Virus record (IMG/VR): IMGVR_UViG_3300024260_000007
Reading direction: 5' to 3' (one strand)
DNA from: an uncultured virus (IMG/VR IMGVR_UViG_3300024260_000007)
Lineage: Duplodnaviria > Heunggongvirae > Uroviricota > Caudoviricetes
DNA length: 64,000 nucleotides
Under the pieces are notes generated by a model that was given only the letters and a program-made list of their open reading frames with translations, made no database searches and had not been told where the DNA came from. The position numbers and the translations under genes are program-made. Below, piece after piece: positions 9,220 to 17,975 of this stretch (the first letter of the stretch is position 1; each line of letters starts with the position of its first letter).

Positions 9220-10784
9220 ATAAGTTAGTAATATTAGGTGGGGGTACTTCAGGCTGGATGAGTGCCGCGTACTTTCATGCTAAAGGTGGATATGACATTA
9301 CAGTTATTGAATCACCTAACTTCAAGCCTATTGAGATGTCTGCTTCAACTACACCATATTTAAAACGCTTTTTTAAAGAAATTGGTATTGAATCAGAATC
9401 TGAGTGGATGCCAGCATGTAAAGCTACGTATAAATTGGCAGTTTTATATGATGATTTTGCTCATCTTGGCTCACGTATGTGGAACTCCTTTGAGGGTGAA
9501 GAGGATTGGCATTGTTATTGGAATAAGCATAGGACTGAAGACGGCTTGCCAAACTCAGACTTCTTTTTATCAAGAATCTATTCATCTCATATTGGTATGA
9601 ACGACTCTGGTAAATTCGTAATGAATAAAGATGGCGAGATGGCTTACCCATATATGCCTAAAAAATCGTTTGGAGGGCATCCAGAACCTTGGGCATACAA
9701 CATTGATTCAGGCTTGTTCAACCAGTTTTTAAAGAATAGAGTTATGAATGATATTAATTTCGTTCAGACAACTATTGAAGAGATTAAGACTGATGACACT
9801 GGTATTACAGCTTTAATTGATTCAGATGGAAATGAGCATACAGCAGATTTGTTCATTGATTGTACAGGTTTTAAAGGTATGTTAATTGAAGCGGTTTGTC
9901 CTGATGGACGTATTCCTTTAGACCCTTATTTGTCACACGATAAGGCTATTGTTGTTGATACTAAATATACAGATGTTGAAAATCAAATGTGTCCTAGAAC
10001 AGGAGCTAAAGCACTATCAAGTGGATGGATGTGGGATATACCTTTGTATGACAGGGTTGTGAATGGTTATGTTTATTCGTCAGAGTTTCAGTCTAGCGAA
10101 GATGCTGAAAAAGAGTTATTAGATAATATAGGTGATGATAGAGCAATAAAAGACTCAATCATGCACATGGACATTAAAACTGGGCATTACGCACGACCTT
10201 GGTCAAAGAATGTAATCGCTATTGGAATGTCAGCTGGATTTATTGAACCAATGGAAGCAACACTATTAATGACTGTTCAGTTCACGCTGGTTAATATTCA
10301 TGAGGTGTTTGCTGATAGGATGAATAAAGAAAAGTGTAATGATATATTTGAAGCTGCATTATTCGATACACTTGATTGGGTTTCAACTCAATACTATATG
10401 AGTCACAGACAAGACTCAGCATTTTGGCGCTTTAAATCACAGAATGGTACACAGATAAGACCTCGCATGAAAGAGTGGCTAGAATCGTGCAAGACTGCGA
10501 TGCTACCCCCTAAAGATGATGTGTTATTCTTTCCAAATTGTTGGTACACGAAGTTAGTTGGTTTTGAGTATTACCCCGTTGGTGATGGATTTCCAATAGA
10601 AGAAAGTATGTCATTGCCTACATTTTCAGATTCAAACTTTAAGCCCCAGAATAAGTTCAAGTACAAAGAGATGGATGAGCTTAATGCTAGGATGCAAATG
10701 GAGAAGATAAGAAACTTTGATACAAGCATATTAATCAGTCAAAAAGAATACTTAGATAAATTTATATACAATAATAAAGGCTAG
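9216..10784 (+). CDS. Tryptophan halogenase-family flavin-dependent enzyme
   Basis: GGGTSG FAD motif, ATYK catalytic-Lys motif, FIDCTGF, WMWDIP (WxWxIP), FIEPME; start placed at ATG 9216 overlapping the upstream stop. Confidence 0.9.
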   Translation: MNKLVILGGGTSGWMSAAYFHAKGGYDITVIESPNFKPIEMSASTTPYLKRFFKEIGIESESEWMPACKATYKLAVLYDDFAHLGSRMWNSFEGEEDWHCYWNKHRTEDGLPNSDFFLSRIYSSHIGMNDSGKFVMNKDGEMAYPYMPKKSFGGHPEPWAYNIDSGLFNQFLKNRVMNDINFVQTTIEEIKTDDTGITALIDSDGNEHTADLFIDCTGFKGMLIEAVCPDGRIPLDPYLSHDKAIVVDTKYTDVENQMCPRTGAKALSSGWMWDIPLYDRVVNGYVYSSEFQSSEDAEKELLDNIGDDRAIKDSIMHMDIKTGHYARPWSKNVIAIGMSAGFIEPMEATLLMTVQFTLVNIHEVFADRMNKEKCNDIFEAALFDTLDWVSTQYYMSHRQDSAFWRFKSQNGTQIRPRMKEWLESCKTAMLPPKDDVLFFPNCWYTKLVGFEYYPVGDGFPIEESMSLPTFSDSNFKPQNKFKYKEMDELNARMQMEKIRNFDTSILISQKEYLDKFIYNNKG

Positions 10785-10858
10785 TGTGGGCACATAGCTA
10801 AAGTTATAGGTAAATAGTATAATACTATAAAACACTTAACATGTATCAAGGATTGTAA

Positions 10859-11080
10859 ATGGAGCAGCGATTAGATAGGCTAGAGCAGGCTAGTGCGCGT
10901 CACGACGAACAGATATCTACCCTATCCTTGAAGATGGGAGATATGAACACACACTTAACATCAATACAAGACACTCTTAATCAGATAAAGTACATCGCTG
11001 TAGGTATGGTGTTCTACTTTACCTTGCAAGAGTTTGGATTTTTTGAGGCATTTAAAGTGGTGTCTAAGGCGGTAGTATAG
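10859..11080 (+). CDS. XhlA/holin-like coiled-coil plus TM protein, paralog 1
   Basis: Heptad N-terminus, QIKY, C-terminal TM segment. Confidence 0.6.
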   Translation: MEQRLDRLEQASARHDEQISTLSLKMGDMNTHLTSIQDTLNQIKYIAVGMVFYFTLQEFGFFEAFKVVSKAVV

Positions 11081-11289
11081 TGGAAAAACGTGTCAATAGA
11101 ATTGAAGACCAAGTAGCTAAGACGTTCTCTGAAATAACTAATCTTAATAAGCGTGTTGGTAAGATGAATAACAGAATGACTAAGATGGAACAGGCTGCTA
11201 TACAGATTAAATACACTGCTTTTGGCGCGCTTGGGGTATTCGTACTCACACAGGTGGGCTTGCTTGAATTTTTAAAACTGGTAAAGTGA
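11080..11289 (+). CDS. XhlA/holin-like protein, paralog 2
   Basis: Same layout as the previous ORF (ExRxxRxE...QIKY-TM-GxxExxK). Confidence 0.6.
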   Translation: MEKRVNRIEDQVAKTFSEITNLNKRVGKMNNRMTKMEQAAIQIKYTAFGALGVFVLTQVGLLEFLKLVK

Positions 11290-11372
11290 CACCTATAGAA
11301 CAGATTGTGTTGATAGCAGACTGCACACTCTTTTACCCATACCTGCTATGTTGTTAAACGAGGAAAGTGGAA

Positions 11373-11507
11373 ATGGCAAGAACTAATCAGAAAGCAAGAG
11401 ACAGCAAGGGGCGTTATTTAAAGCTTACCGTACTTAACCAAGTGAAATTAGTGTGTAATCGTTTCATGCTCAAGTTAGATGCTTGGCTTAAAAGTATAGA
11501 CAAGTGA
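11373..11507 (+). CDS. Small basic protein (44 aa), absent from the ORF track
   Basis: MARTNQKARDSKGRYLK...; stop overlaps the start of 11504. Confidence 0.55.
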   Translation: MARTNQKARDSKGRYLKLTVLNQVKLVCNRFMLKLDAWLKSIDK

Positions 11508-11935
11508 TGGGATTGCTAACAAGTATAGCGCCTATATTGGCAGGTTTTGCAATGAAGCTGTTTGCGCTTAACCAACAAGCCAAACAAGAACAACACACTC
11601 AGATGCTAGATGCGTTTGCTGCAAGGTCTCAGAATATGCAAGATGCTAGAGCTCAATCTAATAAAGAAAGCCCTATGGCTGCCTTAAACAGACGGGTTAT
11701 TATCTTTGTGATACTAGCATTAGTTATATTCACTCAAGTAGCTCCTGTGATGTTTGACGTGCCTACAGTAATACCTACAGTTACTAAAGGATTCAGTCTA
11801 TTAGGCTTTGAAGTAACATCTGACAAGGTTGAATACATTACTGTTAAAGGTATGCTTAAACTAACTGAGGTGTTTGAATGGGCTTCTTTAATAATTGAAT
11901 TTTATTTTGGCAGTCAGCTCGCTAAGGGGAGATAA
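11504..11935 (+). CDS. Membrane protein, holin-like (3 TM)
   Basis: Hydrophobic N-terminus, RR-TM, C-terminal IIEFYFGS. Confidence 0.55.
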   Translation: MMGLLTSIAPILAGFAMKLFALNQQAKQEQHTQMLDAFAARSQNMQDARAQSNKESPMAALNRRVIIFVILALVIFTQVAPVMFDVPTVIPTVTKGFSLLGFEVTSDKVEYITVKGMLKLTEVFEWASLIIEFYFGSQLAKGR

Positions 11936-12477
11936 TGAGCATTAAGCTATTGACTAGTTCAATAATGCTAATTCTTGGACTTCAAGCACACGCTTTAGAC
12001 CCTATCGTTACAGATTCAACTACAAAGAGTTCTGTACACACTACAGGCGATATAACTACTACGGTTAAGTCACCTCCTCCATCAGCAATCTCACCCTCAC
12101 TTAGTGGGGGCAATGGTAATGACCAATGTATTGTTGGCGTATCAGGTGCTGTTCAGACACAGATTCTAGGTATCTCAATGGGTTCAACTATTAGAGATAT
12201 GAACTGTGAACGCTTAAAGAACTCTAAGACGCTGTTTGATATGGGTATGAAAGTGGCAGCTGTATCAGTCCTATGCCAAGACGTAAGAGTCTTTGACGCT
12301 ATGATGATGGCTGGAACACCTTGTCCTTATCACGGGATTATCGGTACTGATGCTAGAATAGCTTGGCAGAATGATGAGTTGAATAGACCTAAAACAGAGG
12401 AGGAAGAAGATGATGGTAGTAATGCGATACTTGGCGGTCTTGGCGCTAGTATTCTCGGGTTCTTACTCATACTCTGA
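11935..12477 (+). CDS. Secreted Cys-rich protein with putative beta-hairpin and C-terminal TM
   Basis: Signal peptide ending AHA; PPPSAISP; C-x25-C hairpin; hydrophobic tail. Confidence 0.7.
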   Translation: MSIKLLTSSIMLILGLQAHALDPIVTDSTTKSSVHTTGDITTTVKSPPPSAISPSLSGGNGNDQCIVGVSGAVQTQILGISMGSTIRDMNCERLKNSKTLFDMGMKVAAVSVLCQDVRVFDAMMMAGTPCPYHGIIGTDARIAWQNDELNRPKTEEEEDDGSNAILGGLGASILGFLLIL

Positions 12478-13273
12478 GTACACTTACGGTACGACCAACA
12501 ACGCGGCTGACAATAGGCTAAATTGGGTGATGAAGAACGTATTGCCTGATGCGTCTAATCTAAGTGTCAATGGCGTATTCTATCAATACACACCTGTCAA
12601 AGTCAAAGAAGATGCTATGAAGGTACACGTTCAGAATGAGAACGCTTTAGGCTCTGGGTACATATTCAGAGAAACTGATGATTGGACTGGTCAGCCTGGA
12701 GGCATACCAATTAACAAGGTTGTTGGTGTAGCTAATATTCCTGAAGCTGCTTGGGGTGATGGCTCTATTGAAGTTGAAGGTACAGGCTCAGTCATAGATA
12801 CAAGTGTTATATACAGCTATCAATACGATAATACGTGTGCTAACCCTATAGATGACCCAACTTGTCCTGGCTACAATGATGCCATTCAATCAGTGCTAAA
12901 CTCTATATCAGAGCCTGTAGCATACGATACAACAGGTGATGTTAAGTTGGTACTAGATAAAAAGGTTGAACTAGAAGAAGAAGTTGATGAAGAAGAGCAA
13001 GATGAAGATAGATTAGAGAAGGCATTATCAGCTGTAGATGTTGGTGTGCTAGATGCTAATACGATTGCTCAGAATCATTTGTTACTTAGTTTGACGGCAG
13101 GTGTTAGTGTACAAAGTTATTACGATAAACGCATACAGGGCGGTGTTTATGAAGATACGGTAGATATGTCTACTGTACAAATGCCTGATAACGTAAGTGG
13201 CGCTAGAGTTGGTTTGGCGCAACAATTAAAGCATAACGAAATGGTCGATATGCAATATAAGCTAGGAGAATAG
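12410..13273 (+). CDS. Secreted protein: beta-rich N-domain, CxxPxxxPxCPGY motif, acidic linker
   Basis: Signal-like MRYLAVLALVFSG; true start may be ATG 12422. Confidence 0.7.
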   Translation: MMVVMRYLAVLALVFSGSYSYSEYTYGTTNNAADNRLNWVMKNVLPDASNLSVNGVFYQYTPVKVKEDAMKVHVQNENALGSGYIFRETDDWTGQPGGIPINKVVGVANIPEAAWGDGSIEVEGTGSVIDTSVIYSYQYDNTCANPIDDPTCPGYNDAIQSVLNSISEPVAYDTTGDVKLVLDKKVELEEEVDEEEQDEDRLEKALSAVDVGVLDANTIAQNHLLLSLTAGVSVQSYYDKRIQGGVYEDTVDMSTVQMPDNVSGARVGLAQQLKHNEMVDMQYKLGE

Positions 13274-13274
13274 T

Positions 13275-13784
13275 ATGAAAAAGTTAGCATTAGTAATAAT
13301 GGCATTTGCCCTTGGTTATGGTTTTGGTACAGTAGTATTTGCAGAGAATGTTCCTATTGAAGGTAGTGTTGAGTCAAGATGTTTAATTACAACATCAAAC
13401 GCAGGTGTCTATGGAAACCCTCTACCTCAGAAATTAAGTACAGCAGTAGCAGATGGTGGTGTATTACCAATCGTAAGATTTGATATCTCATTAGCAGATG
13501 CGTACAAAGCTAAGATAACAACTCCAACAGCTTTCTCGTCTAGTCCTGCTCTATCTGACTCGGTAGCTTGGACAGGTTCTACTATCTTAGGCACAACTTC
13601 AGATGCAGGTATGTCAGGTTATGAAGCAGCTAAGGTTGTTTACGATGCGACTACTGAGTTTGATTTAACAGTAGCAGGTTCTACTTGGTTTAAGTCTACA
13701 TCAACAGCAACATACGGTTATGACAAATCATTTCCTGGCGGATTATATAGCGCTATAGTTGTAGCTGAGTGTATCGCTAAGTAA
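13275..13784 (+). CDS. Secreted pilin-like protein (Csu/spore-coat-U-like pattern)
   Basis: Signal peptide ending VFA; N-terminal IxGxVxxxC strand; C-terminal FPGGLYxAxVxAxC strand. Confidence 0.55.
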   Translation: MKKLALVIMAFALGYGFGTVVFAENVPIEGSVESRCLITTSNAGVYGNPLPQKLSTAVADGGVLPIVRFDISLADAYKAKITTPTAFSSSPALSDSVAWTGSTILGTTSDAGMSGYEAAKVVYDATTEFDLTVAGSTWFKSTSTATYGYDKSFPGGLYSAIVVAECIAK

Positions 13785-14167
13785 TGAAATACTTTGGGTT
13801 TACAGTTGGGTTTGTGTTCTTGTTATGTGTGGCTAATACCCATGCTCACGAGATGACCCCAACGTATCCCAAATTAGAGACTACCCATGTATCAGGTGTT
13901 CTTAAAACTAAGATGAAGATATTCAATAGGCGTGAAGACGTATCTTACTATGAGATAGGTGTGTTTGATAAGGATTGGAACGCCATCCCTTTTGTTACCT
14001 CTTACAAGGTATTACAGATGGATTACTTAGCGCACGCTGAAGTTGATATTTATATTAATGAAGGTGACGCTAATAGGTCTGAGTATATTTGTTCTAAGTC
14101 TAAGCTAAAGAAGGATGATGTAGAAACATCAGCAATAGCTTCACGTATATGTTCGAGGATTAAATGA
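13784..14167 (+). CDS. Secreted Ig-fold, fimbrial chaperone-like protein
   Basis: Signal peptide ending THA; MTPT, then KMKIFN...YEIGVFD...IPF alternating strands like PapD/EcpB N-domains. Confidence 0.45.
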   Translation: MKYFGFTVGFVFLLCVANTHAHEMTPTYPKLETTHVSGVLKTKMKIFNRREDVSYYEIGVFDKDWNAIPFVTSYKVLQMDYLAHAEVDIYINEGDANRSEYICSKSKLKKDDVETSAIASRICSRIK

Positions 14168-14562
14168 TTAAGGTAATGCTACTAATGTTGTTATCTTTTA
14201 ATGCGTTTGCGAATAATGCGTTAAGCCTACAGCTACCTAGTATGTCTAATAGCTATCAGTCTGATAAGTTTAGGGCAGGTAACTTAGATTGTTCTAATGC
14301 TATTGGTGGCTCTACTAACCTAGAGTTTGGTATGACAGGTATTGTTAATAACGCTATGGGTGAGGATTCAACTAATCCAACCTCAAAAGACGTAGGACTA
14401 TATGCTAGGATTGTGATGCCCTTAAATGCGCCTAAAGAACGTATCAACTGTAACACCTTGTACAAACTAGAACTAAGAAAGAAACGTCTTGAGGTAATGC
14501 GACTTGAACAAGAACTAGCAGACCTTAGAAGACTTGGTATTCAAAATAGCTTTGAGAATTAA
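14164..14562 (+). CDS. Secreted protein with amphipathic beta-hairpin and C-terminal coiled coil
   Basis: Signal peptide ending AFA; LEFGMTG and VGLYARIVMPL strands between two Cys. Confidence 0.7.
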   Translation: MIKVMLLMLLSFNAFANNALSLQLPSMSNSYQSDKFRAGNLDCSNAIGGSTNLEFGMTGIVNNAMGEDSTNPTSKDVGLYARIVMPLNAPKERINCNTLYKLELRKKRLEVMRLEQELADLRRLGIQNSFEN

Positions 14563-14564
14563 TT

Positions 14565-15068
14565 ATGGCAAACCTTGGTGATGACTTAAATAAAATAGAC
14601 GAAGCAAAGGATAAGTTAGCTAATACTACTATCGGTATCTTTGGATATAAGCTAACGCCCACTCAGATAGGTATGGCATTTGCTGTGTTATCAACTACAT
14701 TAGGTACTTTGTATGGTGGATTCACTATGTATCAGAAAGTAGAAGGTATAGCTAGTTTAGATTTAGGTGCGTATCAATCCAAGATGAGTGCTATGGATAT
14801 TAAGATTGAACAGGCCTTGGATTACTCGAGAGACATTAAAAACGGTCTTAGAGACGATATTATGCGCATTGAGAATGTTGCTGATAGAGTTGAGGATGAT
14901 GTTAATACTATCGAAGATAAAGTAAGAAACTTAATTGATGATGCCGAAGAGAGGTTTGAGAATAAAAGAGACCAACTCAGGACATCAAACAAAGCAGATA
15001 TTAAGGAGTTAGAGGACAGATTATCAGCTAAACTACAACGAGCCTTGGACAATCCATTGGCAAACTAA
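14565..15068 (+). CDS. Single-pass membrane protein with long coiled coil (i-spanin-like topology)
   Basis: One TM segment near residues 35-55, then about 100 aa of heptads. Confidence 0.65.
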   Translation: MANLGDDLNKIDEAKDKLANTTIGIFGYKLTPTQIGMAFAVLSTTLGTLYGGFTMYQKVEGIASLDLGAYQSKMSAMDIKIEQALDYSRDIKNGLRDDIMRIENVADRVEDDVNTIEDKVRNLIDDAEERFENKRDQLRTSNKADIKELEDRLSAKLQRALDNPLAN

Positions 15069-15077
15069 GGGTTTAAG

Positions 15078-15230
15078 ATGAATAAATATATATTACTAAT
15101 AACAATACTAATGACAACGGCTTCGTTCGCATTTTTTAATATGCCTCAGCAGATGTTTCAGACGGGCAGTCAGATGATGTTTCCTGCTCAACCTCAACCA
15201 ACTTGCAGCTGTCAGTGTCTAAAACAATAG
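15078..15230 (+). CDS. Small secreted peptide with CxCxC (50 aa), absent from the ORF track
   Basis: MNKYILLITILMTTASFA-FFNMPQQMF...TCSCQCLKQ*. Confidence 0.6.
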   Translation: MNKYILLITILMTTASFAFFNMPQQMFQTGSQMMFPAQPQPTCSCQCLKQ

Positions 15231-15296
15231 ACGCCCAGTGGCATAAAAGAGTGGTTTAGGGCATAATAGCAATTAAAGATAATTAGGAGTGATTAC

Positions 15297-15905
15297 ATGG
15301 GTATTAGCACAATAGAACAAGGCGAAGAGTTAGGGCTGTCTGTCCAGATTGAAGATGGTACAAGTTCAGGGCTTTACCCCCGTGCAATTGTCACCAACGA
15401 CTCGGGAAGCACTATCTCTGGTGGAACGGTAGATTTAACCGTAGCAGGCACCACAGGAATGTACTACAACGCAGGTACAGCACTAGCTATGCCAGATAAT
15501 GCGTTTGTAACAGTTACCTACATTATCTACACAGACGCAGGCCATACTACAGAATCAACAACCTATTTACGCTCAGCTGATATGTTTATGAGAGCGGGGG
15601 AAGTATCTGCTGACGTCACTAAAGTTAGTGGGTCGGCGAGTGCTGCGGATAAGTTAGAAGCCAACGTACTACTTACTATCGACGCAGCTGTCAATGACGC
15701 CTCTGCTTCAACCTCATCGTTCGATACAACCCTAACTGAAACTACAACTAACGCATACGCAGGTAGAGAGCTTCATATGACTAGCGGTAACGCAGCAGGT
15801 GAAATTAGTAAGATTACAGCTTATGATGGTACTACTAAAGTAATAACACTATCTCCGGGTCTTTTAACTGCCCCCGCAAACACTGATACATTCACTATTT
15901 TCTAA
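15297..15905 (+). CDS. Putative tail/virion structural protein
   Basis: T/S/A-rich and beta-rich; C-terminal GExxxITAYDGTTK...P..TDTF; RBS aggag. Confidence 0.6.
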   Translation: MGISTIEQGEELGLSVQIEDGTSSGLYPRAIVTNDSGSTISGGTVDLTVAGTTGMYYNAGTALAMPDNAFVTVTYIIYTDAGHTTESTTYLRSADMFMRAGEVSADVTKVSGSASAADKLEANVLLTIDAAVNDASASTSSFDTTLTETTTNAYAGRELHMTSGNAAGEISKITAYDGTTKVITLSPGLLTAPANTDTFTIF

Positions 15906-15917
15906 TGAGGGTATTAT

Positions 15918-16910
15918 ATGAGCTCTAGATTAGGGTTTTCAGGATATATTAGAAAGGACCGATATACGGATGAGGGTCAGCTAGACATCACTCTAGCGAC
16001 TATGCAGTTGTTAGGGCCGTCGCATTCTATTGCTATTGATGAGACAGTACATGTCGACTTAGCAACAATATCACTAAGTGCTGGTGCAGTAACCCTAACA
16101 GAAACGACCCATGTAGATTTATCCAGCATGGGTTTATCTACTTATGACGTAGACAACATAATAACCCTACCTGCTGCAACACTACAGGTAGCTACTTATG
16201 ACGTAGACAACATAGTAACCCTGCCTGCTGCAACACTACAGGTAGCTACTTATGACGTAGACAACATAGTAACTCTATCTGCACAGGCATTGCAATTGGC
16301 TGCTAACGACGTAGACAACATAGTAACCCTGTCTGCACCTGCACTGCAGTTGGTAGGAAAGGATGTTACTTTAGAAGAAACAGTGCATATAAGTACTGCT
16401 ACCATAGCGCTGGTAGGACAAGAAAACACCACTATTGCAGAGGTAAATGTAGACACAGCAGCAGTTGCACTAAGCACCGCTGCAATAACTCTAACAGAGT
16501 CTCCTAACGTAGATTTATCAGGTATGGCACTAAGTGCCTTAGCTGTATCCCTTGAAGGCACAATAAATGTATCTGCAGTTACTGTAGCTTTAGTAGGGAA
16601 TACAGTTGTAGTAGAGCAGAGTGGTACCATGGGCATAACATCCCTGCAGCTGGTCACTAAGAATGTTGATAACATAGTTACACTATCAGCTGGCGCTATG
16701 GCCATCACTAGTTACGACGTCAGTTTAGAAGAAGATATATTAGTAGACTTAGCTTCTATTGTACTGGTAGGTAAAAATATAGATATTATATTGGACAGCT
16801 ACTTAACTGTAACTGGAGTGTCTGCGACAGGCTCCGCTAGTAAAATAACTACTTGGGCAGATTTAGTCACTGCAGATACCAATACTTGGACAGAAGTACC
16901 CGCGGCATAG
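15918..16910 (+). CDS. Repetitive fibre-like virion protein
   Basis: 18-20-aa V/T/L-rich repeats; ends W..V.T..TNTWTEV. Confidence 0.65.
   Translation: MSSRLGFSGYIRKDRYTDEGQLDITLATMQLLGPSHSIAIDETVHVDLATISLSAGAVTLTETTHVDLSSMGLSTYDVDNIITLPAATLQVATYDVDNIVTLPAATLQVATYDVDNIVTLSAQALQLAANDVDNIVTLSAPALQLVGKDVTLEETVHISTATIALVGQENTTIAEVNVDTAAVALSTAAITLTESPNVDLSGMALSALAVSLEGTINVSAVTVALVGNTVVVEQSGTMGITSLQLVTKNVDNIVTLSAGAMAITSYDVSLEEDILVDLASIVLVGKNIDIILDSYLTVTGVSATGSASKITTWADLVTADTNTWTEVPAA
16138..16353 (+). repeat. 4 x 54-bp in-frame tandem repeat
   Basis: gacgtagacaacata at 16146, 16200, 16254 and 16308. Confidence 0.9.
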
Positions 16911-16951
16911 GTAACGAATTAATTAATTAAAACATACAATAGGAGCAGGTC

Positions 16952-17965
16952 ATGGCATCAAGCTATACAACAAATTTAGGGTTCGAGAAGCAAGGGGATG
17001 GTGAAAACGCATCTACTTGGGGTGTAAAGGTCAACACTGTCTTTGACCTCATAGAGGATGCCATCGCAGGTGTTGGCTCCATCTCAATGACGGCAGATGC
17101 AGACAAGACACTAACTGATATAGACGGCGCAGTAGATGAGTCACGAAGTGCGGTACTAGAATTTACCTCAACACTGTCCCTAACCGCAACGCGCTCTATT
17201 ATAGTACCCACCTCAGGCAAAATATACATAGTTAAGAACGGCACTACTGGAGGTCAGTCTCTTACAATAACCACAGTAAGCGGTACAGGTGTTACTATTG
17301 CTAACGGCGATATAAGAATAGTCTACTGTGACGGTACAAATATATTAGAAGCAGGCGCAGCAGACCAGACGGCCGCTGAGATTAAGACCTTATTAGAGAA
17401 TGGCATTGACAGTATTCATTATGTAGACGGTAGTATTGATAATGAACATATTGCAGACAATGCAATTGACAGCGAGCACTACGCTGACGGCAGTATCGAC
17501 ACAGCCCATATTGCAGATGACCAGATTACAGTAGCAAAAATGGCAGACAACTCAGTTGACTCTGACCAGTATGTAGATGGCAGTATCGACACAGCCCATA
17601 TTGCAGATGACCAGATTACAGTAGCAAAAATGGCAGACAACTCAGTTGACTCTGACCAGTATGTAGATGGCAGTATCGACACAGCCCATATTGCAGATGA
17701 CCAGATTACAGTAGCAAAAATGGCAGACAACTCAGTTGACTCTGACCAGTATGTAGACGGGTCAATTGATGCGGCTCATTTATCAGCTACATTAGGTGAT
17801 TTAAGAAGAGGGGTTACCCATGTAGGTAGAGATGCTAATGACCATATTCAGATAGACACCAATATGATAAGATTCTATATTGACGGTGTTAATGTAATGA
17901 GCTGTGATGCTTCGGGCAATATAATCGCCAAAGGCAATGTAACAGCTTACGGAACACCTGCTTAA
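16952..17965 (+). CDS. Second tail fibre / spike protein
   Basis: MASSYTTNLG...GEN..TWG anchor-like N-terminus; 10-aa DGSIDxxHIA repeats. Confidence 0.75.
   Translation: MASSYTTNLGFEKQGDGENASTWGVKVNTVFDLIEDAIAGVGSISMTADADKTLTDIDGAVDESRSAVLEFTSTLSLTATRSIIVPTSGKIYIVKNGTTGGQSLTITTVSGTGVTIANGDIRIVYCDGTNILEAGAADQTAAEIKTLLENGIDSIHYVDGSIDNEHIADNAIDSEHYADGSIDTAHIADDQITVAKMADNSVDSDQYVDGSIDTAHIADDQITVAKMADNSVDSDQYVDGSIDTAHIADDQITVAKMADNSVDSDQYVDGSIDAAHLSATLGDLRRGVTHVGRDANDHIQIDTNMIRFYIDGVNVMSCDASGNIIAKGNVTAYGTPA
17489..17758 (+). repeat. 3 x 90-bp near-perfect in-frame tandem repeat
   Basis: Units start at 17489, 17579 and 17669. Confidence 0.95.
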
Positions 17966-17975
17966 AGGAATTGAA

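Noticed and set aside
11935..14562. Curli (CsgG/CsgF/CsgA) genes
   Set aside because: No CsgA-type repeats or CsgG-sized lipoprotein; CsgG is cited only as an analogy
3291..17758. Tandem repeats as a CRISPR array
   Set aside because: Units are in-frame multiples of 3 inside ORFs, have no unique spacers, and no cas genes are present
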